A stretch of 64,000 bases of DNA from a virus. Taxonomy: Duplodnaviria > Heunggongvirae > Uroviricota > Caudoviricetes. The position numbers were made by a program, and so were the translations under genes. Positions 1 through 9,311 of the stretch are shown here, piece by piece; position 1 is the stretch's first letter; every line of letters starts with the position of its first letter. The notes under the pieces were generated by a model. It had not been told where the DNA came from and ran no database searches. It saw only the letters and a list, made by a program, of their open reading frames with translations. The DNA is taken from positions 64,001 to 128,000 of IMG/VR virus record IMGVR_UViG_3300012007_000010; one strand, 5' to 3'.

Positions 1-1
1 G

Positions 2-1066
2 AAGCGGCATTTCCATACTGACTACACAGACGAAGAACTGAAGGACATCGCTTCGGAATACAATACGAGAGACGAGTTTCGTAGGGGAGATGCGGGCGCA
101 TATCTTACTGCCCACAGGCGAGGTATCATGGATGACATCTGTAGTCACATGAAAGAAGTGAGGCGACCTAAAGAGTTCTACTCAAAAGGCTATTGCCACG
201 TCATTGCTTTGGGCTACAAGACGAGAGGCGAGTTCCAGCATGGGAGCAGATACACTTACAACCGCGCTTTCAAAGAAGGCTGGCTTGATGACATTTGCAG
301 TCACATGGAGGTCGAGAATAAATGGAATAAGCGCAAGGTGTATGTCTATACGTTCAAAGATGGGTATGCCTATGTGGGGCTGACCGACGATGTGAAACGG
401 CGGAAGAATGAGCATCTGCACAAATACTCGCACAAGAAAGTATCACCCGTGCTTCGGCATTGCCGAGAGACCGGAGAAAGCTACGAGTACAAGGAACTGA
501 CCGATTGGCTCGACGCTGAAACTGCGGGCAAGATGGAGGACAAGTACATCAAGCAATATAGAGCTGACGGATGGAAGATGCTGAACCGGATGCGGGGCGG
601 CGGGCTTGGCGGCAATGTCAGGAAGGAGCATAAGGACAAGGCTGTACGGACAATCGTTAGCCGTTATGAATATGTAGAGGACTTCAAGGAGAACGAGCCA
701 GAGATTTACGAAGAGCTTTGCGGTAATCATCAGTTCAGCAAATACTGCTCCGGACTGAAACACCGCAGGAAGCCCGGCGGATACTGGACGCTGGAGCGTG
801 CGCTCGCCGTGATACCAGAGTGTGAGACCGCTGCCATCTTCCGCAAGCGTTATAGCCAGGCGTACAAGATAGTAAAGGCGGCAGGGCTGATAGCCGAATG
901 CTATCCCAATAAGCCTGTGCCGCACAATAAGCTGTTGCTGGAGGATTGCGCCAACGCTGCCCGCTACTGTGAGACGAAAGCGGAGTTCCGCAAGAAGCAC
1001 CGCCGCGCCTACGAGCGGCTGAAGAAGGAAGGTTTGCTCGACGAATTGTTTGAGGATAAGGAGTAA
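2..1066 (+). CDS. GIY-YIG homing-endonuclease-like protein with repeated helical modules (5' end truncated by window)
   Basis: Frame open from base 2; YVYTFKDGYAYVGLT..RRKNEH is a GIY-YIG motif; the GxxDDICSHM module repeats before it. Confidence 0.7.
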   Translation, partial: KRHFHTDYTDEELKDIASEYNTRDEFRRGDAGAYLTAHRRGIMDDICSHMKEVRRPKEFYSKGYCHVIALGYKTRGEFQHGSRYTYNRAFKEGWLDDICSHMEVENKWNKRKVYVYTFKDGYAYVGLTDDVKRRKNEHLHKYSHKKVSPVLRHCRETGESYEYKELTDWLDAETAGKMEDKYIKQYRADGWKMLNRMRGGGLGGNVRKEHKDKAVRTIVSRYEYVEDFKENEPEIYEELCGNHQFSKYCSGLKHRRKPGGYWTLERALAVIPECETAAIFRKRYSQAYKIVKAAGLIAECYPNKPVPHNKLLLEDCANAARYCETKAEFRKKHRRAYERLKKEGLLDELFEDKE

Positions 1067-1069
1067 GCG

Positions 1070-1106
1070 AAAGGAGGCCGACATGCGCGTCAGCCTCCTT
1101 TTTTTT
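1070..1106. terminator. Intrinsic terminator between convergent genes
   Basis: AAAGGAGGC/GCCTCCTTT stem followed by T-run. Confidence 0.75.
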
Positions 1107-1133
1107 ATCATTTTCGTGAGGTCACGAAAATGG

Positions 1134-2969
1134 TCAGGCCCCCTGGGCGGATAGTGTCTCAATAGTTCCCGTTGGGTTACGGTCCAGGGTCGTAAAACTC
1201 ATTTGCTTGACCACTGGCTCTAAATGGCTGTCGAACCTATTAAATGCAAATACATCGGACAGGAACTTCAAATACATGCGCTGCCGCACGTTGAGCAGCT
1301 GCTGCTTCATCAGACGTATCTCGCGCAGGGCGGTGCCGCCGTTCGAGGCGCTGACCATCGGCACACCGATGTCGCGGGGGTCAACACCAAAGGCAAGGAA
1401 CATGGGCGAGGTCGATAGTTCCAGTTCCTCCTTGCCTGCCTTCACCGCGTCGTTGATGGTCTCCCTTACATCAACTATCTCCACATTGTGGTGCTCCTTG
1501 CCGTCCGGTCCTATCCACATCCATTGCCGCATGGTCTTGCCGGTGTTCTCTCGGTGCTGCAAAAATTCCTCTACATTCTGATCGAGATTGTCGATAAATT
1601 CCTGCTGTTTTTCTTTGTCGCCACTAATTCCAAGGTCTCCAAAAATGAGGTCAAGATAATCAATACTGTAATAAATTATTCTACCAAAAGTGGTGTTGTT
1701 CTCGCGCTGCTTGGCCTTGTCGTAGAGGATGGTGCTGGAGAAATCGTAAGCCTTCGAGGTAAAAATGCTCCACCAGTCGGGCTGTTGATAGTAGTTCTTA
1801 TTACCGTAATACACGGGGCAGACTGCCCACGTCGGACGGGCATTGATGCGGGTGCGCTGGTTCGACGATACGAGGTAGCGCATGTCGCTGACGCGGGCGG
1901 TAGCCTCACAGACGGGGTACATCTTCACCTTGTCGTCGTTGGAGCCGATGGTGTGGTGCTCGCCGATGTTCTTCGCCCTGAAGCGCTCACCGAAGTACAC
2001 GTGCTGGATATGGCGGTATTCCGACATCGCCTCATAGCGGATGCCGTCTACGATTTTCAGTTGACTTATCTTCACGATGCGCGGGTCCCAGCGACCACTG
2101 CGGCCTTGCTCGAATCCGACGGTGGGGAAGAAGAGGTCGTAGTACATGAAGTCGAGCATACACTGCGAGAGGTGTAGGTCGAGGTTGTTCTCCTCCAGGA
2201 ACTGCTTCACGCCTGGCACGTGGCGCGTGATGCCGCCGTCGTCGGTCTCGTCGTAGCCCTCCCACGTGTGCTCCCACTCGTAGTAGGCCTGCTCCCAGTA
2301 GTCGGGGCCGATGCCCTGCAGCCGCTTCTTCGGACGGTTCTCGGGGGCTATCTCGGTGATGGGCTTCAGCGGATCTTCACCGGGGGCGGCAGCGGGGTCG
2401 ATGGCCATGTCGCCGCCGTACTCGTCTTGTTGCTCTCCCCGTCGTGCCTGGTCATAGCGCAGCCGCAGGTTGTAGCCCGCGTGCTTGAACTCGCAGTAGG
2501 TGTCGTCCTCAAAGTGGTACATCAGCCTTACGCCCAGCCCCGTGGCCAGGTCGGCCAGGTAGCGCAGCGGCGCAGAGGTGTAGGGGCTTGCCTTTGCCAA
2601 CGAGTAGATGACGCCGGGCAGATTGTCCTTCGGCCCCCACTTCACATAGCCGCGACCGAGGGGTTTGCCGTCGGGTCCGCTGACGGAGGTCGGCATGGAG
2701 TCGGTGCTGTCAAACGACCATGCCACCTGCGACAGCGGACCGTTGCTCAGCGAGCCACAGCCCATGCCTGTGGCCATCGACTGCGCCTCAGTGGCCGACG
2801 GGTCGCGGTCGCCGAGTGAGAGCGAACGCACCTTGCCGTTGAGCACGTCGAGTGCCACAAACCCGCGCTCCCGCAGCGAGCGGTCGAGCTTCTGATATTC
2901 CGAGAAGGTCTTCGGGCGGTGGATGATGCTGCCCGAACCCATGCTCCTGTTTTTCTTATTCTTAGCCAT
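1134..2969 (-). CDS. Putative portal protein
   Basis: ~611 aa, directly downstream of terL in the same orientation; start placed at MAKNKK (2969); call is by size and position. Confidence 0.55.
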   Translation of the reverse strand: MAKNKKNRSMGSGSIIHRPKTFSEYQKLDRSLRERGFVALDVLNGKVRSLSLGDRDPSATEAQSMATGMGCGSLSNGPLSQVAWSFDSTDSMPTSVSGPDGKPLGRGYVKWGPKDNLPGVIYSLAKASPYTSAPLRYLADLATGLGVRLMYHFEDDTYCEFKHAGYNLRLRYDQARRGEQQDEYGGDMAIDPAAAPGEDPLKPITEIAPENRPKKRLQGIGPDYWEQAYYEWEHTWEGYDETDDGGITRHVPGVKQFLEENNLDLHLSQCMLDFMYYDLFFPTVGFEQGRSGRWDPRIVKISQLKIVDGIRYEAMSEYRHIQHVYFGERFRAKNIGEHHTIGSNDDKVKMYPVCEATARVSDMRYLVSSNQRTRINARPTWAVCPVYYGNKNYYQQPDWWSIFTSKAYDFSSTILYDKAKQRENNTTFGRIIYYSIDYLDLIFGDLGISGDKEKQQEFIDNLDQNVEEFLQHRENTGKTMRQWMWIGPDGKEHHNVEIVDVRETINDAVKAGKEELELSTSPMFLAFGVDPRDIGVPMVSASNGGTALREIRLMKQQLLNVRQRMYLKFLSDVFAFNRFDSHLEPVVKQMSFTTLDRNPTGTIETLSAQGA

Positions 2970-3085
2970 ATTTCTGTGTCGGATTTTTGAGGTGAAGATA
3001 TGCGCGGATAGGCGGTTAATCAAGGGCAGAGGGCGCTTCGCTAAATGATAAATGATAAATGATAAAGGCTGCCGCCCTACCCTAC

Positions 3086-5005
3086 TCAGTGAGGAATAAT
3101 CAAGTTCTGAAACCTTCCGCGCAGCCTGCCGCCGATGGCCCTGACACCGTTGGTATAGAATTTACAGCCTATCAACAGCGTGTCGAAGGCATCTGTTACG
3201 TCGGTTCTGACTCTTGGGTCAATCGCGCCTTCCGCACCCTCGGTGGTGGCTTTTAATTTCTCACCCCCCTTATATTTGCGTATGCCGGTGGCGGTCTGCT
3301 CGGTGGCGCAGTTTTCCATGGCCGTTATTAGGTATTCGTTGCGATCCTCGTCGGCGTTGATGCGCACGGCGGGACCCTGCTGGAAGCTGAATACGTCGCA
3401 TATCATCTGGAACTTCTGATTGTGCTTCATGGGTGCGCCGATGTCAACAGGTACGACTCTGGCACCGTGGCGGCGCATCTCCTCGATGACCACATCGTTG
3501 AAGTTCTGCGCCTGTGCTCCCTCCACGGCGTAGGCCAGCGAGGCTCCCTGTTTTGCCGTCGAGTCGAAGTAATAGATGAAGTCGCCGCCACGGTCGATGA
3601 ACGGGCGGTAGTAAGTGCAGATGTTCTTGCAGAGGGCTCGTATCTTCTGCTCGTTCATGGTGAACATGCTCTTCAGTACCATGAGCGATTCGCGTCCGTC
3701 GAAGCGGCGCAACTGACCCAGCACGGCGCAGTTCAAGTTGGCGTTATAGTCGAAGGCGAGCCGGATGGGAAGCGAGTAGTCCAGGTCAACGTCCAGCGAG
3801 CAGTCGCTGACCTTGGCGGTGCGCCGCAGGTCGATGGCCTCGTACTCTATCTCAGTAGGGTTGTGCGCCTGGTCCAGTCCAGTGCGCGAGTAGTGGGTGG
3901 TGTAGTTGGAGAGCAGACGGTCCATCGTCTCCATATCACTCTGATGATAGCCGTGGATGTCGATATCGAAGTTACAATAGTACCCATCGCGGGCCAGTCC
4001 CTTGCGCTGACCGAGTATCTGGATGCGGTACATGATGTCGGGCAATGAGCGGCGCATCTCGCGGAACCAGTCCTCGCCCAGTATCTCGATATTGGCAAGA
4101 CTACTGAAACGGAAGAAAATCTTACTCTGGCAACGGAGCTGGTTGATGCGCTTTAGGAACCCGTCAACGTGCCACAGTTCGGGCATCTCCTCGGCTTCGG
4201 CCAGCATGAGGTCTATCTCGTGGTTGATGTCTACGGTCTGGTTCAGCTCCTCCTGCTCCCAGACGGCCTGTTTCTGCGTGATGGCAGGGTCGCTGACAAA
4301 GAACTTCGAGAGATACAGTGGGTTGTAGTCCTTGTTGTAGCCAAAGGTGTACTTGGCGGTATTGCGGAATCCGTCGCCAGTCAGTCCGCTACCCTTGGCT
4401 ATCAGCTCGGGGCGCAGGGCAGGAAACAGTTCCTCCTTGATTTTCTGGAAAGGCAGATAGCGCGTCTCGTCGCTGGCTGCCGACGAGAGTGTCATACCGT
4501 TCACACTGGCGCGTACTGCCATTGATATCGAATACCAGGCCGCGCCCGTGGGGAAGATAGTTACGTTCTCCCATGAGCGGGGCTTCGAGAGCGGCATCGG
4601 CCAGTGCAGTTTTGCGGGCGGTCGCTGGCGCATGAAGTCGCGTCCCTCCACCATGCCCATCATCTCCAGTCCCTTCACCACGGCGGGCCACGTCTTCAGG
4701 TAGAGCTGCTTCACGCTGCAGCCCAGGAACACGTTGGTAGAGCGGGGTATGCGCATCGACACCTCCTTCACGTGCTCGGCTATGTCGGTGGTCTTGCCCG
4801 TACCGCGCCCTGCCACCTCGTAGGTCTCGCGGCAGCGGTAGGTGCGGCGTTTCGACTGTGCCTCGTTCTCGTAGATATATCGCCGCGAGGGTGCCTGTCG
4901 CTCGCCGTCCTCGTCCTCGTCGTAGTCTTCCGCAGGCCCCGAGAGTGGCAGCATGCGCCCCAGCGTGGCGTCGCTGTCCGTGTCGCTGAATCCCTTTCTT
5001 GCCAT
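3086..5005 (-). CDS. terL: Terminase large subunit
   Basis: Walker A AGRGTGKT, Walker B SDETRY, C-terminal RNase H-like nuclease (AFDYN, YFDST, DVTDAFD). Confidence 0.85.
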   Translation of the reverse strand: MARKGFSDTDSDATLGRMLPLSGPAEDYDEDEDGERQAPSRRYIYENEAQSKRRTYRCRETYEVAGRGTGKTTDIAEHVKEVSMRIPRSTNVFLGCSVKQLYLKTWPAVVKGLEMMGMVEGRDFMRQRPPAKLHWPMPLSKPRSWENVTIFPTGAAWYSISMAVRASVNGMTLSSAASDETRYLPFQKIKEELFPALRPELIAKGSGLTGDGFRNTAKYTFGYNKDYNPLYLSKFFVSDPAITQKQAVWEQEELNQTVDINHEIDLMLAEAEEMPELWHVDGFLKRINQLRCQSKIFFRFSSLANIEILGEDWFREMRRSLPDIMYRIQILGQRKGLARDGYYCNFDIDIHGYHQSDMETMDRLLSNYTTHYSRTGLDQAHNPTEIEYEAIDLRRTAKVSDCSLDVDLDYSLPIRLAFDYNANLNCAVLGQLRRFDGRESLMVLKSMFTMNEQKIRALCKNICTYYRPFIDRGGDFIYYFDSTAKQGASLAYAVEGAQAQNFNDVVIEEMRRHGARVVPVDIGAPMKHNQKFQMICDVFSFQQGPAVRINADEDRNEYLITAMENCATEQTATGIRKYKGGEKLKATTEGAEGAIDPRVRTDVTDAFDTLLIGCKFYTNGVRAIGGRLRGRFQNLIIPH

Positions 5006-5008
5006 GTC

Positions 5009-5713
5009 CTATTCCTCCTCGTCTGGTTCTGTGGGCTGCTGTATTTCCGCTGCTCCTGTTTCCTCGTCCTTCGTCGGCTGTCCGCCTACCACCTTTCCGT
5101 CCTTGTCTATCAGCACGCCGTGCTCGTCAATGTGTGCGCCCCACTTCGATGCCAGCTCCTTCCGTCGTGCGGCACTGATGCGCTTGCGGTCGGGATCTAC
5201 CTTGGTCACGTCGGTCGTCGGTATCAGCTCCTGGTAGGCGGCATCGTTCACATGCTGCGGGTCTTCCTCCGGGCGGTCCAGTCCGCCGAACCTATACATC
5301 TGCTTCAGTCCGTCGTTCACCGTCAGCCAGTTGCCCGCCTCCCTGCCTGCAATGATCATGTCGTCGGCAGTGCGCAGCCCCTTGTATTGCAGCTCCTTGC
5401 GCGAGGGCAGTTCGAGGTAGTGCTTCTGTACCCACTTAAACCACTCCACGTCCTTCTTTGCCGCGTTCAGCAGGTTACCCGCGTCGGTGCGGTTACCCTT
5501 CTCGCTGCTCTCAGCCTTCAGCATCGAGCGCGACATTTCCAGCGGATTGATGTATGGATTACTCAGCCATGCCATATAGATGGCCTTCACCCGCGTGAGG
5601 CGCGTCTTCTGCGGTTTCGTCAGGTCGAGGTCCACGATGGGTACGTCCATCTCGAAGTGCATGGCGATGCCGCGCTGCACTTCCACAGGAATGTTGTATG
5701 CGAAATTAGCCAT
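5009..5713 (-). CDS. Putative terminase small subunit
   Basis: 234 aa helical protein immediately upstream of terL; positional call. Confidence 0.5.
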   Translation of the reverse strand: MANFAYNIPVEVQRGIAMHFEMDVPIVDLDLTKPQKTRLTRVKAIYMAWLSNPYINPLEMSRSMLKAESSEKGNRTDAGNLLNAAKKDVEWFKWVQKHYLELPSRKELQYKGLRTADDMIIAGREAGNWLTVNDGLKQMYRFGGLDRPEEDPQHVNDAAYQELIPTTDVTKVDPDRKRISAARRKELASKWGAHIDEHGVLIDKDGKVVGGQPTKDEETGAAEIQQPTEPDEEE

Positions 5714-5776
5714 TGTCGTTATCTCGTTTTTGCGTTTGTGTCATTATCGTTCAGTGTGCTGCTGTATCACGGCGGC

Positions 5777-6118
5777 CTACACCTCCTCGGCCTCGGTCCA
5801 GCCGTCGGCCTCTATGAAGTCGTCTCGCTCGCGGAGGAACATCACCCGCATGTTGCCCATCCTGTGCAGTATCATGCCGTGCTCCTTCAGCATCTGCTCG
5901 GCAGCCTGCCATGCGTCGCCCTCTGGCATCACGCGCAGCCCCATCGCGTCGCGCAGCTGTCCGATATCCATCACCTCGCACGGCATTATCAGCCGTGGCA
6001 GTGAGATATACTGCTGGCAGAACGCCACCACCCGATCCTCGATGCTCTCGTAGATTTCCTCGACGGTCATCAACCGTTTTACCTCCTGCTCGTCGTCATC
6101 ATTACGCTTGCGTGCCAT
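5777..6118 (-). CDS. Hypothetical protein
   Basis: 113 aa ORF collinear with the packaging operon. Confidence 0.7.
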   Translation of the reverse strand: MARKRNDDDEQEVKRLMTVEEIYESIEDRVVAFCQQYISLPRLIMPCEVMDIGQLRDAMGLRVMPEGDAWQAAEQMLKEHGMILHRMGNMRVMFLRERDDFIEADGWTEAEEV

Positions 6119-6276
6119 CGTTCATTTCTGTGTTTAATGCCTTACATTGACTTTCCTCACGCTCGGCCATCTTCAAGCGAGTTTGGAAGGCTCTCGCTTA
6201 ATCGGAAAGTTGTGTTATTGTCTGTGTTGTCGTCTGTGTTCTCGTTCAGTAAGCTGCGGTAATTCCGCAGTCCCTC

Positions 6277-6915
6277 TCATACCCCCAGCATCTGCTTCAT
6301 CCTCATGGTGATATACTCCCGCTGCTCCAGCCCGTTCAGCCCGCCGTTGATGCGTCGCGTCACGGCCTTCACGTCGTCGCGGTCGGCCAGCTCGTTCAGC
6401 CCTCTTGTCTGCCAGAACCACATCGCGCTCTTGATGGCCCCTGGAAACTGCGCCAGCCACTCCGGATGCGCCATCAGGTCGCCCTTGCAATGCTCACTGT
6501 AGGCATACGCCTGATAGTTCTCTCTCCCTGTCAGCTGTATAAGTCCGCGCCCACGGAACCGCCACCCGTCGCCGCTGGCCTCCGGGCCGTTGCCCATTCG
6601 CCCGGCATACACGCGGTTGGCTATCGCCTGCGGCTTCCTTGCATACCGCTGCGCCTCCGTGACGGTACGGAACCGTCCCGGCCACGTCTTCATCAGCCCC
6701 TGTGCCGAGTAGTTCAGGTTCTCCTCCACGTGCCGCAGACAGCCGCTCTCATACCACAGCTGCCCCAGCAGATGCGCCATTCGCAGGTCGCTCGTCACGC
6801 CGAACTTCTCAGCCCACTCGTTCAGGTATTTCACGCACTCCCCCACCCTGCCCCGGTCAGTCACCGGTGCCGCGTCAAGTATCATCTCCGTCGTAACCTT
6901 CTTCTTCGTTGTCAT
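6277..6915 (-). CDS. GH19 family endolysin
   Basis: QLWYESG, EENLNYS, FRGRGLIQLTGRENY, INGGLNG motifs. Confidence 0.9.
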   Translation of the reverse strand: MTTKKKVTTEMILDAAPVTDRGRVGECVKYLNEWAEKFGVTSDLRMAHLLGQLWYESGCLRHVEENLNYSAQGLMKTWPGRFRTVTEAQRYARKPQAIANRVYAGRMGNGPEASGDGWRFRGRGLIQLTGRENYQAYAYSEHCKGDLMAHPEWLAQFPGAIKSAMWFWQTRGLNELADRDDVKAVTRRINGGLNGLEQREYITMRMKQMLGV

Positions 6916-7679
6916 GTCTTTATTTCGTTTCCGTTTTTGTGTTGTTCTTGTTCGATCTGTTGCTGTATCACAGCAGCCTCTATCCTCTCCATCGCCACGC
7001 GGCAGTACTCGCCGTCTATCTCATACCCTATATACCGCCTACCCTCCATCACAGCCGCCACCGCCGTCGTTCCGCTCCCCATATACGGGTCGAGTACTAC
7101 CCCATCCACCGGGCAACTGTTCACGATCAGGTTTCTCACCAGTGGCAGCGGCTTCACCGTCGGATGGTGGTAGCGCACATTGTCCTCCTGGTTGCGCAGC
7201 GACGTGTAGAACGTCCGCTTCGTGGCATACGAGCCCGCTATCCTCACGCCCCTCTCTCGAAAGAAGAGAATGTACTCCGTATCGCTCAGATACTTGTTGC
7301 CGCACGCAGGTATCGGGTTGGTCTTGTGCCACGTGAGCAGGTTCCAGTTGCATCCGCGCCGTGTTACGAAGTAGTCGAGCAGCGGCATCAGCTGTTTCTG
7401 TGAGCAGAAGATGTAGATGTTCACCCACTTCATCACCCTGCACAGCTCGTCGAGTACATCCTCTGGGAATCCGTCCTTGATGGCTCCCAGCCGTTCCATG
7501 CCTTTGCGCGTACCCCGTGCGTTGTAGTGGTTGCCCTCCGCCGCCTTGCTCCAGAACCCGCCGCCCTGGTTGCCTATCACATACGGCGGGTCGGTCACGC
7601 ATAAATCCACGCAACCGTCCGGCAGGCTCTTTAACCCCTCCAGGCAGTCGCCGTGGATTATCTCGTCGAGTCTTGTCAT
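6912..7679 (-). CDS. Orphan DNA methyltransferase (N6/N4, beta class)
   Basis: TDPPY near N-terminus, HPTVKP and LDPYMGSGTT near C-terminus. Confidence 0.9.
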   Translation of the reverse strand: MTRLDEIIHGDCLEGLKSLPDGCVDLCVTDPPYVIGNQGGGFWSKAAEGNHYNARGTRKGMERLGAIKDGFPEDVLDELCRVMKWVNIYIFCSQKQLMPLLDYFVTRRGCNWNLLTWHKTNPIPACGNKYLSDTEYILFFRERGVRIAGSYATKRTFYTSLRNQEDNVRYHHPTVKPLPLVRNLIVNSCPVDGVVLDPYMGSGTTAVAAVMEGRRYIGYEIDGEYCRVAMERIEAAVIQQQIEQEQHKNGNEIKT

Positions 7680-7899
7680 CGTCCTTGTGTTGTTCTCGTT
7701 CAGTCTGCTGCGGCATCACCGCAGCCTCTCGTTGCTAAAGTCGCAGCGGCCCATGCCGAGGATAACGTAAGGCGGCAGGAGCCGCTGCGGTAGTTATTAT
7801 CCGAAGGAAAATGACGCTGGCGCAGATTTAAAGTCTGCCGCGTCGTTGTGGGGATGGGACGTCGTCAGTCCCGTCGTGGGACTATATCGCCCATCCCCG

Positions 7900-8550
7900 T
7901 TATTGTCGCGAGAACGACGGATCGTAATCTCTGATTTCGCCGGTCACCGCGTCTATAAACAGCACGTCATACACATCCCCGAACACCCACTGCACGTTGC
8001 AGTCCTTCGGTCCTACGGGCAGTCGGAGCGTGAGAAAGTTGCAGTCCTTGGGAAGGATACCGTTCCATTCTTTCAGTCGCATGAGAGCCTGCTCTGCAGA
8101 AATCTTAATCGGCTGTTCGCTCATGTCGGCATCCTCAATCCATACGTCGTTAATAGGATATGGAATCTGCACGCCATACTTCACGTGCGAGTTGATGTAC
8201 TGCACCATCGGTCCTTTCTGGCTGTCCCAATAGAAAAAGACATCGTTCACCGCTGCCACGTGCAGGTCGTCGATATTCTCCATCGTCACCGTGTCGTTCA
8301 GAATCACGCGGCTGTTGCGCCACTGGTATTCCTTGCCGCCAGTCAGCGAAGACATCGTCTGCCTGTGCAGCGCCTGGATATGGCCGACACCAGCCGTGAA
8401 GTCCTGCACCACCCCGTCGTAATCATGGTACAACACCACGGGGTCATCAATCTTCGGGGTCTCCCCCTTGCAGCCGTTACAGCTGCACACGAGGGCCATC
8501 ACTGCCAACAGCAGCACGCCCATCAACTTTTCAAAGAAATTCTTTTTCAT
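7900..8550 (-). CDS. Putative lipoprotein
   Basis: MKK + hydrophobic stretch + LVCSC lipobox-like cysteine. Confidence 0.65.
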   Translation of the reverse strand: MKKNFFEKLMGVLLLAVMALVCSCNGCKGETPKIDDPVVLYHDYDGVVQDFTAGVGHIQALHRQTMSSLTGGKEYQWRNSRVILNDTVTMENIDDLHVAAVNDVFFYWDSQKGPMVQYINSHVKYGVQIPYPINDVWIEDADMSEQPIKISAEQALMRLKEWNGILPKDCNFLTLRLPVGPKDCNVQWVFGDVYDVLFIDAVTGEIRDYDPSFSRQ

Positions 8551-8584
8551 CGTCGTTAAAATAATTAAGTTAATACTATGGGCT

Positions 8585-8653
8585 TCAAGCCCGGTTTATA
8601 CCTTCGATGTCCGTCACCTTCAGCGGAGCCTTCTCTTCGTGGCTCTTTGCCAT
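8585..8653 (-). CDS. Possible 22-aa micro-ORF (MAKSHEEKAPLKVTDIEGINRA)
   Basis: ATG follows the junction hairpin/ACTGAACGA element exactly as other genes do; fills the operon gap. Confidence 0.4.
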   Translation of the reverse strand: MAKSHEEKAPLKVTDIEGINRA

Positions 8654-8698
8654 ATCTATTCCGTTTCTCGTTCAGTATGCTGCGGTAGTGCCGCAGCC

Positions 8699-9199
8699 CT
8701 ATTCCTCCACATACATCTCTGGATCGACGCACAGGTCAATCTGCTCCATCCTTTCAAACTGCATCATCACCGCTACCCAGCCATCCTCCAGCGGTCCGGC
8801 AGGCAGCACGTCGAAGCCATGCTCGAAGTCTATCCGTCCGTACTCTCCCGCTGGATCCTCGTCGCGGTCGTGACGGTCCTTCAGCCACGTATAGAACTGC
8901 AGCGCATGATACAGCGCTTCCTCGTAGGCCACCACCTGCGCGTCGTTATCCACCTGACGATCCACCCTCACGAAGAAGTACACCGCATAGTTTCTCGTCA
9001 TCAGCCCCCCGTCGATGCTCCCCTCCGCACCGTTCTCCATCACCACACACGGCGAGAACTCCGTCGATATACTCTTCGGCATCGCCTTCACGCCGTCCCA
9101 GTCGTCAGCCAGGTAAAACCGCCTGTTCCCATTATGCGTATTGTCCAGCATCGGCTTGTACGTCCGGCACCATTCCCTTACGATTGAATGAAAAGTCAT
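8699..9199 (-). CDS. Hypothetical protein (possibly neck/tail-completion type)
   Basis: 166 aa acidic alpha/beta ORF in the late operon; function is a guess. Confidence 0.6.
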   Translation of the reverse strand: MTFHSIVREWCRTYKPMLDNTHNGNRRFYLADDWDGVKAMPKSISTEFSPCVVMENGAEGSIDGGLMTRNYAVYFFVRVDRQVDNDAQVVAYEEALYHALQFYTWLKDRHDRDEDPAGEYGRIDFEHGFDVLPAGPLEDGWVAVMMQFERMEQIDLCVDPEMYVEE

Positions 9200-9228
9200 A
9201 GTCTATTCCGTTTTTTATATTGTTATCG

Positions 9229-9299
9229 TTGGCCGTACAGGGGTCGAACCCACACTTCATGAGCCAGAGTCATGCGTGCTACCATTACACCAACAGCCA
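9229..9299 (-). tRNA. tRNA-Gln(CTG)
   Basis: Acceptor TGGCTGT/ACGGCCA, anticodon arm CATGA-CTCTGGC-TCATG, TTCGA T-loop; T-stem has three G-U pairs; no encoded CCA. Confidence 0.85.
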
Positions 9300-9311
9300 A
9301 TTTCTGTTTCG

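Noticed and set aside
2220-6004. Long plus-strand ORFs (2220-2819, 3422-4048, 4604-6004) and similar antisense ORFs such as 14296-15408
   Set aside because: Shadows of real genes on the opposite strand caused by high GC3; no motifs or start context
7822-7838. GCAGA-CTTTAAA-TCTGC as an ochre-suppressor tRNA anticodon arm
   Set aside because: No acceptor stem, D-arm or T-arm around it
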